This document shows, piece by piece, positions 40,599-54,274 of a DNA stretch of 64,000 bases. Origin of the DNA: Octopus vulgaris. Its lineage: Eukaryota. The stretch covers positions 69,254,001 to 69,318,000 of the forward strand of contig OX597826.1 in the NCBI GenBank assembly GCA_951406725.2. Reading direction: 5' to 3'. The position numbers and the translations under genes are program-made. The notes under the pieces were generated by a model. That model was not told the origin of the DNA and did not search any database. It saw nothing but the letters and a program-made list of their open reading frames with translations. The stretch's first letter is position 1, and each line of letters starts with the position of its first letter.

Positions 40599-41267
40599 TC
40601 CATATAAGAAAAATCTTTCAGCTTCATGAGATGATTTACAGTGATATATTGTTTTCTTTCATTGGTTTTGCAGATTCTCAGCTCATGCTTTGTGATTGTT
40701 CCAGATTTGATCTATCTTCCCGGCAGCTCGCTGTCACACGCGCCGATGCCGTTTGGTATTCGCTGCAGTATTCTCTTACGGCGTTTCCTTTTTTTAACTG
40801 AATACTGCCAATGGAGACGTGTGTTGCTGTTTCTTTCGTAATTATAATTATTATCGATGTATCAGCGAGAGACCGAGAAGAAACAGCAATGCACATATAT
40901 ACATAGAGGTCTTGTATAAATTCGTATGTATATGTAATTAAACTTTGATAGTTAAAATTTAAAAATTTACTCCAAGATTTGCAGTTGCCGTAAAGAAATA
41001 GTGCAGTGTTTACATTTTTACGCACATGTTGCTGTCTAAGGAGAAGTTCTTTTCATACACACACTTACACACACACATACTCAAACGTGTATATATATAT
41101 ATATGATATACTCCATAGAAGAAAAATCTTTCAGTTTACTGAGATAGCTTACATTGAGTCTGTTTTTTAAGATTTGCTTCTGCGAAATCTCAATTCCTGC
41201 TTCGTGATAGTTTCAGATTTGATCTACCTTCCCGGCAGCTCGCTGTCATATGCACATGCTGTGTCAT

Positions 41268-41331
41268 ATCATCATCATCATCATCATTATTATTATTATT
41301 ATTATTATTATTGTTGTTGTTGTTGTTGTTG

Positions 41332-41381
<50 letters not shown>

Positions 41382-41562
41382 GTTGTTATTATTATTATTG
41401 TTATTATTATTATTATTATCATTATTGTTATTGTTATTGTTATTGTTATTATTATTATTATTATTATTGTTATTATTATTATTATTGTTATTATTATTAT
41501 TACTGTTATTATTATTATTATTTTTATTATTATTATTATCATTATTATTATCATCATTATTA

Positions 41563-41611
<49 letters not shown>

Positions 41612-41644
41612 CATAAGCATTATTATTATTATTATTATTATTAT

Positions 41645-41718
<74 letters not shown>
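41268..41718. repeat. (ATT/GTT)n and (AGT)n microsatellite, probable tail or target of the adjacent LINE
   Basis: Direct reading. Confidence 0.95.
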
Positions 41719-41719
41719 T

Positions 41720-42083
41720 CATTCAGTAGTCTTTTATTTTTATCACATGCTTTCACTGCAATATTGAGTGCAGCTCTGTGTGCCATGGGTATGTGTTGTG
41801 GTTTGTTGTGTTGCTCTTATTTTCACTGTATGGAAACTGTTTTACGTAGGAAGCGTGTTCTGCCTAGCAGTGCTGTTGTTCTGTATGGCATATATGCTTG
41901 TTAGTCGTGGTGGTTTTCGTATGTATTTGTCTGAATATTTTCTTATCATACCTAATGCATCTATTATGATAGGAATTGTTTCAGTTTTTTGTTACCTCTG
42001 TTTCCATATCTTTGTATTTTGAAAGTTTCTACATTCCTTTTGAAGAAACGTTATCATCTGTTGATAGTGATACATCGATTAGA
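41720..42083 (-). mobile_element. Decayed R4/Dong-like LINE 3' end (RLE domain)
   Basis: Minus strand LIDVSLSTDDNVSSKGM*KLSKYKDMETEVT..KTETIPIIIDALGMIRKYSDKYI (cf. IDV..P.D.N...KE.EK..KY.DL..E...IPIIVGALG). Confidence 0.82.
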
Positions 42084-42473
42084 GTGGAGGCGCAATGGTC
42101 CAGTGGTTAGGGCAGCGGACTCGCGGTCATAGGATCGCGGTTTCGATTCCCAGACCGGGCGTTGTGAGTGTTTATTGAGCAAAAACACCTAAAAAGCTCC
42201 ACGAGGCTCCGGAAGGGGATGGTGGTGATCCCTGCTGTACTCTTTCACCACAACTTTCTCTCACTCTTACCTCCTGTTTCTGTTGTACCTGTATTTCAAG
42301 GGGCCGGCCTTGTCACTCTCTGTGTCACGCTGAATATCCCCGAGAACTACGTTAAGGGTGCACGTGTCTGTGGAGTGCTCAGCCACTTACACGTTAATTT
42401 CACGAGCAGGCTGTTCCGTTGATTCGGATCAACCGGAACCCTCATCGTCGTAACCGACGGAGTGCTTCCATCC
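42084..42473 (+). mobile_element. Full-length SINE family A with 12-bp TSD, inserted at the truncated end of the LINE fragment
   Basis: TSD ACATCGATTAGA at 42072-42083 and 42474-42485. Confidence 0.95.
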
Positions 42474-42834
42474 ACATCGATTAGAAAGTATATTATTATT
42501 ATTATTATTATTATTGTTGTTATTGTTGTTGTTGTTGTTGTTGTTGTTGTTTCTTTCCGTTTCCTTCTTGCAGATTCACTCACAAGGCTTTTGTAGGTCC
42601 GAGGTTATAATAGGACACAGTTACCCAAGGTGTGATTCGTCAGCAAACCAGACAAAATATTTAGCAGCCTTTCGTCCGTCCTAAACGTTCTGAATTGAAA
42701 CACCACTGAGGTTGATTTTCATCCTTCGGGGTCGATGAAATAAAAACCAGCTGAGCACTGGAGTCAGTGTAATGGACTAGATTTATTCCCTCGCAGGCGT
42801 TGTGCCTCCAGTTGAAAAAAATATATTTAATATA

Positions 42835-43385
42835 TTGGGTTGTCCGGAAAGTTCGTGCTGATTTTTAAACGAAAGAAAAAATTTCAATATATACTTGCCA
42901 TTACATTTTGAACGATTTTGTTGCACAATGCCTCTCCATCTTTCCTTTAACTTAAAAATACCCTCTTCCCAGAATTGAGGTGGTTTCATGACAAAGAATT
43001 CATCAAAGTATCTTTTTACGTCATCCAAGGAATTGAAATTTTTACAATTAAGACTATTCTGCAGAGACCTTAATAAGTGGAAAGCCGAAGGAGCAATATC
43101 TGGTGAATATGAAGGATGGGTAACACATCCCAGCCGAGCTGCAGCAATTTTTGTCTGGTTCTCAAAGTATCAAGTGCCGAAAATGAACTTTCTTATTGTC
43201 CGTTTTAAAGGGTTACAGAATTAACACAGGTTATAGGAACATATACTTTCTTCCACAAAAAGATAGCTTAAACTGTGCTCTAAATGGAGGTGTAGTCAAA
43301 TCCTATTTTATGGACTCAACCATGTTCTAAAATAAGTCGAAATATAAGCTACTATAAATCCGCAAGAACTTTCCGGACAACCCAA
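42835..43385 (-). mobile_element. Internally deleted mariner transposon
   Basis: 30-bp TIRs TTGGGTTGTCCGGAAAGTTC(G/T)TGC(T/G)GATTT (28/30) with TA on both sides; minus-strand LGWDV..HPSYSPDIAPSAFHLLRSLQNSL and DDVKRYFDEFFVMKPPQFWEEGIFKLKERW match the mariner C-terminus. Confidence 0.92.
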
Positions 43386-45059
43386 TAGTTATATACGCAG
43401 TGAGGCGGCATGTATATTTTCATTTGTTTATGTAGATTATATGAGCAGACACTCTGTGACCATCCTGTTTGTTTTTGATGCCATAATTACCTAGGACTTC
43501 ATTTTCCAGTAAGTCATGTGGTAAGGTGTGATTTAGTGTGGGAATTGTTTATTCAAATTCTGTGTTTTCAAGCAGCGAGCTCGAATGAGGGCAGTGATGA
43601 TTTCAACGACTCAAAAGCAACGTGTCTTATATGATTCCATATGGCTCCCTATTCAGCTTTCTTGTTCAAATACGTGGCACTGGCCTCTTGCTTATTTCTT
43701 TCGGCTCATTTTGGCTTGGCGCTGACATGGTTGTGTTGTTAAGATGTTCGCTTTGCAACGGCGTGATTTCGGTTTCAATCCACTGCGCGGCACATAACGC
43801 ATCTATCTTCTACTTTATCCCCGGAATGACCAATACTTTGTGAGTGAATTTGCAACCGGGAAGGAGTGTGGAAGCCTTTCGTGTGTGTGTATGTGTGTCT
43901 TTCTGTCTATCTTTGACTCTCAGGGAGAGAGAAAATAGGTCAAAATGTTCAGTGATCCGAATTTAAATAACAAATGAGTACCGGCGTGTTCTGAAAGTCG
44001 TACACGATAATAAAAACCTAGCAGCATAGAATGAAGAGCCAAAATACTTTGGAGCAATATATTCACATTAGTATTCACTTTCTAAGAGAGAAGAACAATC
44101 CTATCTATGTGTCAGAGGAGGCAGACAGTTACTTTCGGTTTCAGTTTGGCCTCATCAACATAGCAATCTCCATTCCCGCTTTAATTAGGCCTGAGCAAGT
44201 TAACATACATACAAAAACACACTTCAGTACGTACTTGGCCAAAGGTAATTTGCATAATTAAAATTTAAAGGGGCGAAGATAGAATAACTCGCGGGACTAC
44301 TGGCATTAATCCTGATTAAAAAAAAATGAAGCGTTCATTAATTTATTTCCTCTTTTTTCTGATTAACGACAGAATCTTATAAACGAAATACAAAACTGAA
44401 GTACAAGTTACAGATTTAAATTAATAAAATTCAATCTCAGATGAAAGATATAATTGACCTAGCGGCAATTATTAACATCCGTTAATGAAAAGGGGAGATA
44501 ATTTTAAGATGCTAATTCCTTCTCTGTCACTAAAGGAACTTTAATAAGCTATTAATATATCGTGAGCAGCCTAAAATATTCACTGCTTCAATTTCTTATC
44601 GAATTTCATTCCATTGGACTCTAGAGGCATTTAGATTTTGAATACGCAAATTAACATTACACAAGAATGTTCTCGATTATTATGCATCAGTTACTTTATC
44701 TAAATCTCATCAACGATATTCTGCAGATGAGACTGAATCAATGCCAAACTGCAATGTGGGTCACTGACATTCGTCTACGAAATGAAGGTAGCATTTTTCA
44801 GTTATTTATCTTTTTTCCAAGTATGAGAATTCATCATGTCCTTCCTTCTAAATTTCTTTCAATTATCTCTCCTTCTTGGTTCGAATTTAGCAACGGTTAG
44901 TGATTATTGTACGCAAAGAACTTCCTTTGTGGGTTTCACTAAAACTCTTGGTGTGTACGTGTGTGTGAGCATATATGTATGTGTATATGAGCATATATAT
45001 CTATAAGCATATATATACATAAATATACGTAAATATCATATATATATATGTTGGTTCGT

Positions 45060-45252
45060 TAGTTACTGCACGCATTTTTTTCTCTCCTTCTTTCTGTGTT
45101 TTTTTCTCTCTGTGTATCTTTCTGTTGAAGAGCGTAGTCTCGAAACGTTAAAGACTTGTTTTATTTATATTTCCTGAGCGCCATACTAATACAATTGTTT
45201 GTTTGTTTTCCACCTGCCTTCGTCTTTTGTCTATTTTCATAAAGCTTCCCCC
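45060..45252 (+). mobile_element. (TA)n-inserted element with A6U hammerhead-like motif
   Basis: Homologous to 34095-34420; TA tracts on both sides. Confidence 0.7.
45117..45154 (+). ncRNA. Hammerhead-like motif, A6U plus extra A
   Basis: UCUUU-CUGUUGA-A-GAG(CGUAGU)CUC-GAAA-CG-U-U^-AAAGA; perfect 5-bp stem I. Confidence 0.6.
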
Positions 45253-45556
45253 TATATATATATATATATATATATATACAGTTACATATAGATATACATG
45301 TGTGTATATCTATATATCTACACATATATACATATTTATATAGATGCTTAAAGATGTGCATGAATACATTCCTGGTCTAGAAAGCACTTGTAAGCACTTA
45401 CATACCAGGGCACAGGGAAATAGAAGTATATACATCATACATATGTACATGTTTATATATACATATATATGTGTATATATACATCTCTCTGTATATAGAT
45501 ATATACATACATATATATATATATACGTACATACATATATGTATATGTATATACAT

Positions 45557-45592
<36 letters not shown>

Positions 45593-46002
45593 GCATTATA
45601 TTTGTATATGTATATGTTATATATGTATATGTATAAATGTTTTTGTATATGTTATAAATGTATATAGACACACACGATTTCATACATGCATATACGAATT
45701 ACGTATACAGCCATAAATATCAGAAGAAAATATCGTAATAAACGTCAGATCGAATATTGAAAAAGAAAAAATATTGGTTCGAAAGCAAAAATCTATATTT
45801 CATAAAAAGTATTGAGTAATACGAAAATCGGAAATATAGTGGAGGGGGGGTAAGTACGAAGGAAGAAGGAAACAAACAAGGAAAGATAGGAAGAAGGGAA
45901 GAAAAAAAAAGAGGAACAGAAGAGGAGAGAAAGGAACATAATTATACCATGTACAGTTGCGTGTCTATATATCTATATAAACACGTGTGTGCATGTGTGC
46001 GT

Positions 46003-46034
<32 letters not shown>

Positions 46035-46190
46035 CTGTTTCTGTGTGTATGTGTGTGTGTGTGTGTGTGTGTGTTGGTGCACGTTAGTGTTTCCAGATGA
46101 AAAAATAAAACGGACGTGCTCGGTACAAAAAGCCGTTTGTATAGTTTTTATTAGAAGCTTCAACTTGTAATAATAATAAGAAGAATAATG

Positions 46191-46260
<70 letters not shown>

Positions 46261-47291
46261 GAACAATAACGAGAAGATGATCATATGCATAGATATATAA
46301 ACATGTGTGCGTATAGCCTATGTATGTAGTGATAGATATATGCGTACATAAAAAATATATACGAATACCTATATACACTTATACATATATATATATATAT
46401 ATACTTACACATACACAGAAATGAAAGGTAAGAAAAAAGTCTCCAATAGCAAAATTATTTAATAATGCTAATAAGAAAAATCTGGATTGTATCGAATCCA
46501 GAGAATATGTTCAGCATATATATATATTTATAAGAACAGCAGCAATGAAGAACACATCAGATATGGACGAAAAACAAGGGTAAGTCATGATGCCAATAGA
46601 ATTACGAGATGAAGAAACACGTTGTATAATTCCGAAAGAAAAATTACAAATAGAAGCAGGTGCATGACATTTTCATCAACATTGTAAATTGTTCAGCAAG
46701 TGTTGTAATAAACAAAGTGATTGTAGAAAGTTTACTGTCTAAAAACAGCCAGAACATACGAAAGGGATAATGTACGTGTATGTGTTAGTGATACGTACGT
46801 AGAAATGTATCTTCTGATGTGTTTCTTTACAATAGACGTGGATTCTTGTCGATTTTGATACGAATTCTTGTTAACTGATGATAATTTCATTTGGTTTTTT
46901 CCTTATTTTGTTTTTCATTATTCGACAAATCAGCTTTCCGATTCTAAGAAGATTATGTAACTTGAAAGCTTGTAGAAGTATCATTGAAACACTTCGCCTA
47001 GAAGGAGTGTGTGGGAAAAAACAACAACAACCTGATCCTTTGATCTGCTGTCAAAATAAAGGGTTGGTGGATTTTGTTAGTTGTAATGATGCAGCAAAGG
47101 TGCGGTTGCCAGTTTAGAGTGTTTATATGATTCAGCCAAAATTAAGAATCCTTGAGAGGACATACGGGAAGTCTGTGAATTGGCAGGTGTCAAGATCGAT
47201 TCCTCACATGCACGGACTCACTGTGAGAATTAGAATTACATGCAGAGAATAGTTAAAGCCAGCAGAAATATCGTTATCATATATATATATA

Positions 47292-47542
47292 TAATAATAA
47301 ATATTAGGGAATAAATCCAAACTTACAGGGAAAAAATCAGATTTAGGATTAAATCCAATTTTATAGTAAAATATTATAAAATATTATTAGAGTCAAAACC
47401 ACTATTTTGCAAAACAAACAAGGAAAGACTTAATCAATACATAAAATTTTAATAAATGGTCAATTGACTATTTATTAAAATTTTATGTATTGATTAAGTC
47501 TTTCCTTGTTTGTTTTGCAAAATAGTGGTTTTGTCTCTAATA

Positions 47543-47551
<9 letters not shown>
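47292..47551. repeat. TA-flanked element ending in a spacerless 176-bp palindrome (47376-47551)
   Basis: 88-bp arms centred on GTCAA|TTGAC (47463/47464), about 2 mismatches. Confidence 0.9.
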
Positions 47552-47604
<53 letters not shown>

Positions 47605-47684
47605 TGTATATATATAAATATATGCGTATATATATATCATATATGTGTATATATATACAAATATATATACACACGTATATATAT

Positions 47685-47736
<52 letters not shown>

Positions 47737-47764
47737 ATGTTTATGTTTATATATATATACATAA

Positions 47765-48101
47765 GTGAAGGTGCATGGCTCAGTGGTTTGAGTGTCGAGC
47801 TTACGATCGTGAGGCTGTCGGTTCGATTCTCGGACCGGGTTGCAAGTTGTGTTTCTGAGCAAGACACTTTATTTCATGTTGCTCCACTTAACTCAGCTGT
47901 AGAAATGAGTTGCGACATCACTGGTGCTAAGCTGTATCGGCCCCTTTGCCTTTCACTTGGATAACATCAGTGGTGTGGAGAGGGGAGGCTCTATGCATGG
48001 GCGAGTGCTGGTCTTCCGCAAGTAACTTTGCCCGGACTTGTGCCTCGGTGGGGTAACTTTCTAGGTGCAATCCCATGGTCATTCATGACCAAAGGGGGTC
48101 T
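47765..48101 (+). mobile_element. tRNA-derived SINE family D
   Basis: A box TGGCTCAGTGG, B box GGTTCGATTCTC, central ttgtgtttctgagcaagacacttt...ctcagctgtagaaatgag; its 3' half recurs at 55160-55328. Confidence 0.82.
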
Positions 48102-48518
48102 CCTCATATATATGTGTGTGAGAGAGAGAGAAAGAGAGAGAGTTTGTGTGTGTGAGCGTGTGTGAATGTGTTCAAAAAGGAGTGCAGAGATTGTAATGGA
48201 AACGTGCACTAAACACTAAAACGGTTTGTTACGCCAAGTTATCTTGCAGGTCTGTACTAAGCCATTGGAACTTCGCTATAATATCGACATTTTCTCAGTT
48301 GAACTACAATTAGCTCACAAGTAAAGCTAGTCATGTTCCATGGTTATGTGTAAGCCAAACAATCTCGTATCTATACTATATTGTTTCCTAAGATACCGAA
48401 TGTAAACCGACAAAGCAGTCTTAGGTTTGGACATTAAGACGTGTCTGTTGATGTGTATGTGTATGAGCATGTACATGAGTAACTGAGCATACGTTCACGT
48501 GCACGTGTTTACATATAC

Positions 48519-48563
<45 letters not shown>

Positions 48564-48742
48564 GTAGCATGTTTTAGATGAATAATATATATTATAAGAA
48601 TCTCCACAACAAACATTGTTCTTGTTTCCTTAATGTACATTTGAATGTTCGTTTTAATGATTTCGGCATTTGCACAGCAACAGAGACTTATAAACTCTTA
48701 ACTCCACAACTCACACTCTTCCCATCATTCATATATTCATCT

Positions 48743-48952
48743 GTGAAGGCGCCTACATTAGTGGTTAGAGTATTCAGTTGATGATCATATATATATGATC
48801 GTGAGTTCGATATCTGGCAACGTGTTGTGTCTTTGAGCAACAACACTTTATTTCACTTTGCTCCAGTCCACTCAGCTGGCAAAAATGAGTTGTACCTGTA
48901 CGTCAAAAGACCAGCCTTGTTACACTCTGTGTTACGCTGAGTCTCCCCGAAA
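48743..48952 (+). mobile_element. SINE with family D head/central domain and a family A type-1 3' segment
   Basis: gtgaaggcgcc...ttgtgtctttgagcaacaacacttt...ctcagctggcaaaaatgag then ttgtacctgta...gccttgttacactctgtgttacgctga. Confidence 0.7.
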
Positions 48953-48986
48953 CTCGTGCTAACGATTCTGCCAGCTCGCCGCATTT

Positions 48987-49358
48987 CTCTTTCTCTTTTC
49001 TCTTTTACTTGTTTCAGTCATTTGACTGCGGCCATGCTGGAGCACCACCTTTTAGTACTTATTCTATCGGTCTCTTTTTGCCGAACCGCTAAGTGACGGG
49101 GACCTAAACACACCAGCATCGGTTGTCAAGCAATGCTAGGGGGACAAACACAGACACACAAACACACACACATATACATATATATACATATATACGACAG
49201 GCTTCTTTCAGTTTCCGTCTACCAAATCCACTCACAAGGCATTGGTCGGCCCGGGGCTATAGCAGAAGACACTTGCCCAAGATGCCACGCAGTGGGACTG
49301 AACCCGCAACCGTGTGGTTGGTTAGCAAGCTACTTACCACACAGCCACTCCTGCGCCT
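48987..49358 (-). mobile_element. SINE family B
   Basis: Reverse complement of 31573-32012 with a small internal deletion. Confidence 0.9.
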
Positions 49359-49482
49359 ATTTAGTTAAGATTCTATTGCATCTTTGTCCAGTTTGACGTA
49401 AACTTTTTTAACATAATGATCTTCTAAATTGTCTTTCCGTGCCGACTGCAACCTGCAACCTAGTGTTCATAGTGCTATTACA

Positions 49483-49714
49483 TATTTCTTTACTACCCAC
49501 AAGGGGCTAAACACAGAGGGGACAAACAAGGACGGACAAACGGATTAAGTCGATTACATCGACCCCCAGTGCGTAACTGGTACTTAATTTATCGACCCCG
49601 AAAGGATTAAAGGCAAAGTCGACCTCGGCGGAATTTGAACTCAGAACGTAACGGCAGACGAAATACGGCTGCGCATTTCGCCCGGCGTGCTAACGTTTCT
49701 GCCAGCTCGCCGCC
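49483..49714 (-). mobile_element. Full-length monomeric SINE family C with 17-bp TSD
   Basis: TSD TTCATAGTGCTATTACA at 49466-49482 and 49715-49731; head GGCGGCGAGCTGGCAGAAACG, B box GAGTTCAAATTCC. Confidence 0.95.
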
Positions 49715-50249
49715 TTCATAGTGCTATTACAGCCGTCTCCTCCCATCTGGAGTAACAAAACGTGGCAGGTCCGCTTATTAAATGTATAGTAAGTGTATAT
49801 TAGAATTAGAATAGTCTAGGACAGTTATAATTACAACTGCCTTTCCTGCAAAAGGCCTCAAAGCTTCTGGAATGCACCTCGTATGTATATAGGTATAAAC
49901 ATATGGAGAGATGGAAAGATAGAGAGAGAGAGAGAGCAGAATGAAGGGCGATAGTTGAGTAGGTTCATACATACAAATTAATGTAATTAACACATTCCTT
50001 ATAAGTAGAACATACCGGACGACGTGCAGCTGAAACAGAGGCACTGAACCTATCTCCTGTGTAGTAGTTGTTACAGTATTACTTTTAGTGGAAACATTTA
50101 GTTCACCTACTTTACGATGCCTGCAACAGCTGCCTGTTTTGCTCATAATTGAAGTCAGGTGTACCTATGAGACTAATGAGGTCTTTTTCGCTTTTATCAT
50201 GTCATATATTTTCTTCATTTCATTTTTGTCTACTTGTTATAAGAACCTC

Positions 50250-50336
50250 ATTTTATTATTGTTAATATTATTATTATTATCATTATTATTATTACTATTA
50301 TTATTATTATTATCATTATTATTATTATTATTATTA

Positions 50337-50369
<33 letters not shown>

Positions 50370-50383
50370 TATTATTATTATTA

Positions 50384-50437
<54 letters not shown>

Positions 50438-50691
50438 TATTACTATTATTATTTTTAATATTATTATCACCATCATCGTCGTCGTCATCATCATTTCCAT
50501 CATTATAATCATCATCCTCATTATCATCATCGTCATAATCATCATCATAATCATCATCATCATCATCATTATTATTATTATTATTATTATTGTTGTTGTT
50601 GTTGTTGTTGTTTTTATTATTATTATTACTATTATTATTATTATTATTGTTGTTGTTGTTGTTGTTATTGTTATTATTACTATTATTATTA

Positions 50692-50751
<60 letters not shown>

Positions 50752-50815
50752 TCTTCATCATCTTCATCATCTTCATCATCATCATCATCATCGTCGAAGT
50801 CGTTATAGTTATCGC

Positions 50816-50881
<66 letters not shown>

Positions 50882-51121
50882 CCTTTCTGATTATTATTAT
50901 TATTATAATTATAATTATGATTATTATTATTATTGTTGTTGCTGTTGCTGCTGCTGTTGTTATCATTATCATGCTCATTACTATTGAGAGTGTTTTGTAT
51001 TCTGTTTTAAAGGAAAGACTTGACTATAGCCAACCTGTAAACGACCACCAATCACCGCCACACACAACTTAAATATATTAGCATCAACGAAACACGACCA
51101 CCACCATCACTACTACTGCAT

Positions 51122-51188
<67 letters not shown>

Positions 51189-51236
51189 AACTACTACTAC
51201 TACTATGACAACAAAAACAAAAACAACAACAACAAC
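50250..51236. repeat. Compound trinucleotide microsatellites (ATT/ATC/GTT, then ACT/ACA)
   Basis: Direct reading. Confidence 0.93.
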
Positions 51237-51674
51237 TGCAGCTAACTGAAATCCCAGCAGTTTATATATACACCTGAAGCAACACTTAATCCCGGGCTTT
51301 ATGCATATACACAAATCTCATCCAGACACTTATCTACAATGAAGATTAAGACGAAGAAATTGGAGATTATAAATGGATAATGACATGCCTTTAGCGATAA
51401 TTAGTAGGTCGGATTAAGTGTATCGTGGAGTGGTAAAAGAGGGAAATCAGTTTCTTTTGATTGTTTGCCACACGAAATCTGTCAGATTTATATATATATA
51501 TATATATATATGACAGATTAATTATATCAATTAAGCAATTAAAATGTAGCGTTTGGTTGTAAACTTGAAGAGCAGAAAAGCTAGAGAGAGAGATTTTACG
51601 CTGGCTCGGTTCTTGAAGTGGAGGAAAACCGACCTAAATAATACAACGCTGGTTTTTAATGGCGGAGTGGCGGA

Positions 51675-52615
51675 GTGATTGTTGTTGGTGTTGGCGTAGA
51701 TGATGATGGTGGTGGTGGTGGTGGTGTTGTTGTTATTGTTGTTGATGTTGTTGTTGTTGGTGGTGGTGGTGATGGTGTTGGTGGTGGTGGTGGCGGTGGT
51801 ACGATGGTGGTGGTTGTGGTGCTGTGCTGGGACTGTTTGGTAATATTGTTGTTGTTGTTGGCGGTGGTGGTGGTGTTGTCGTTGTTGTTGGTGGTTGTGG
51901 AACTTGTGGTGGTGGTGTTACTGTTGTTGTTGTTGTTGTTGTTAGTTTTGGTGGTGTCGGTGGTGGTGGTGGTGGTGGTGGCAGTGATGGTGGTGGTGGT
52001 TGTGGTGCTGGTGCTGGCGTTGTTGTTGGTATTGTTGTTGTTGGTGGTGGTGGTTGTGGTGCTGGTGCTGGCGCTGTTGTTGGTAGTGTTTTTGTTGTTG
52101 TTGTTGGCGGTGGTGGTGGTAGTGGTGGTGGTGTTGTCGTTGTTGTTGGTGGAGGCTGTGGTGCTGGTGATGGTACTGGTGCTGGTGGTGGCGGTGGTGG
52201 TTATGGCGGTGGTGAAGGTGAAGTTTGAAGTGGTAACGGTGGTTCTGCTGTTGTTATTGGTGGTGATGATGCTGGTGGTGTTTGAGTTGTTGGCGGTGAT
52301 GATGGGGATGATGGGTATGAAGGGGTGCTGGTGGTGGTGTTGGTGACAGAAGTGGTAGTAGTGGTTAAGTTGTTGTTATTAGTGATGGTGATGGTGATGG
52401 TGATGGTGTTGGTGTTGGTGTTGGTGGTTGAGTTGTCTATTGTTGTTGTTGTTGTTGTGGTGGTGGTGGTGGTGGTGGTGGTGGTAATGCTAGTTGACTT
52501 GCTGTTGTTGTTGTTGCTGCGGGTGGTGGTCGTTGTGGTGGTGGTGGTGGCGGCGGCGGCGATAATGGAGTTTGAGTTGTTATTGTTGTTTTGTTATTCG
52601 TTTTTGTTGTGACTG

Positions 52616-52647
<32 letters not shown>

Positions 52648-52830
52648 GGTGGTAGTGGTTGTGGTGGTGGTGGTGATGGCGACGGTGGTGATGGTGGTTG
52701 AATTGTTGTTGTTTTTGTTGTTGGTGGTGTTGGTGTGATAGCGGTGATGCTACACGTGGTATTGGTGGTTGTGCTATTGGTGACAGTGGCAGTGGTGTGT
52801 ACGAAGGTGGTGGTAATGGTGGTAGTTGGT
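51675..52830 (+). repeat. Degenerate (GGT/GTT/GCT)n low-complexity tract
   Basis: Direct reading; source of the Gly/Val/Leu ORFs. Confidence 0.9.
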
Positions 52831-53440
52831 AGTTAAGGATGTGAAAAATAGTAGAGTTATACAGAACATACAGAGCAGGTGCAAACAAGCATATTGTTGA
52901 TGACGGGGTCAGCAAGTCGACTTTAGATTAGAGGAGGAGCATTATATCGACTTTGACTTTCATGATTTTTCAGGGTCAATAAAATATAGATCAGTTGACC
53001 ACTGGGGTGGTCGATGCAATCCACTGGCTCCTTCATCCAAAATGTCAAACGTTGTGCCTAAAGGAAAACGGATTATGTTCTTAGAGCAAAGATGTATGAA
53101 ACCTTAATTAGGTTTTTAAGTCAGTGGATTATTTAGTAAATGAAGAAACAGCTACGAGGCTCGTTAAAAGGTTCAATATTTTATGCAACACGTTTTAATT
53201 GCTAGGAAACAAACAAGCAACGAAAGAAAAAAAAAAGGTGAGGTGGGGTAAGCAGCTGAAGATGGATGGGTAGGGAAGAATGGGACGCACAGCCCAGAAT
53301 AAATGGTGTGTTCAGGTGTGCCCTGCGGCCATGACAGCTTTGCAGCGGAGAATAAACAGTGACTAAAATTTATGGAAAGAGGTTGAAAATCTGAGCAAGT
53401 TCAATATTCTCCATTTCTTTCTGCTCTCTCTTTCTCTCAC

Positions 53441-53505
<65 letters not shown>

Positions 53506-53794
53506 ACGTATATATATATATATGTACGTGTGTGTGTGTGTGTGTGTATGTGTAAGGTTTAATAAGGTTTTAAAATCAGTGGAATATTTAGTAAATGAAG
53601 AAACAGCTACGTGACTCGCTAAAAGGTTCAATATTTTATGCAACACATTTTAATTGCCAGGAAACAAACAAGGAGCAAAACAAAAAAAAATAAAGAAACC
53701 TTCACCACCAGCCTCGTCATCACTATTTCCAGGATCTCTACCGTCACCAACGCCACTTCCATCATCACAACCACTACATCAGCAGCATAATTCT

Positions 53795-53838
53795 AATGAT
53801 GCTGATGATAATGAGGACGAGGAGGAGGAGGAGAAGGG

Positions 53839-53895
<57 letters not shown>

Positions 53896-53990
53896 CGATG
53901 ATGATGATGATGATGATGACGATGACGATGATGATGATGATGATGATGATGATGACGACGACAATGACGATGACGATGATGATAATGATA

Positions 53991-54029
<39 letters not shown>

Positions 54030-54250
54030 CTGATGATGATGATGATGATGATGACGACAATGACGATGGCGATGATGATAATGATAATGATGATGATGAT
54101 GATGATGATGATGACGACGATGACGACGACAACGACGACGACGATGATGATCATGATCATGATCATGATCATGATGATGAAGATGATGATGGTGATGAAG
54201 ATGACGACGATGACGAAGACGACGATGATGATGGTGATGATGATGATGGT
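53795..54250 (+). repeat. (GAT/GAC)n microsatellite
   Basis: Direct reading; source of the poly-D/M ORFs. Confidence 0.95.
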
Positions 54251-54274
54251 GAGGATCTTCACCTTTGACTGAGT

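Noticed and set aside
51675-52612. Gly/Val-rich ORFs resembling structural proteins
   Set aside because: Decayed (GGT/GTT)n tract that lacks stops by composition; no ATG start or splice evidence.
53654-54268. 204-aa Asp-rich ORF resembling an acidic biomineralisation protein
   Set aside because: It is a (GAT/GAC)n microsatellite open in several frames and on both strands; non-ATG start, no signal peptide, and it begins inside a duplicated non-coding block.
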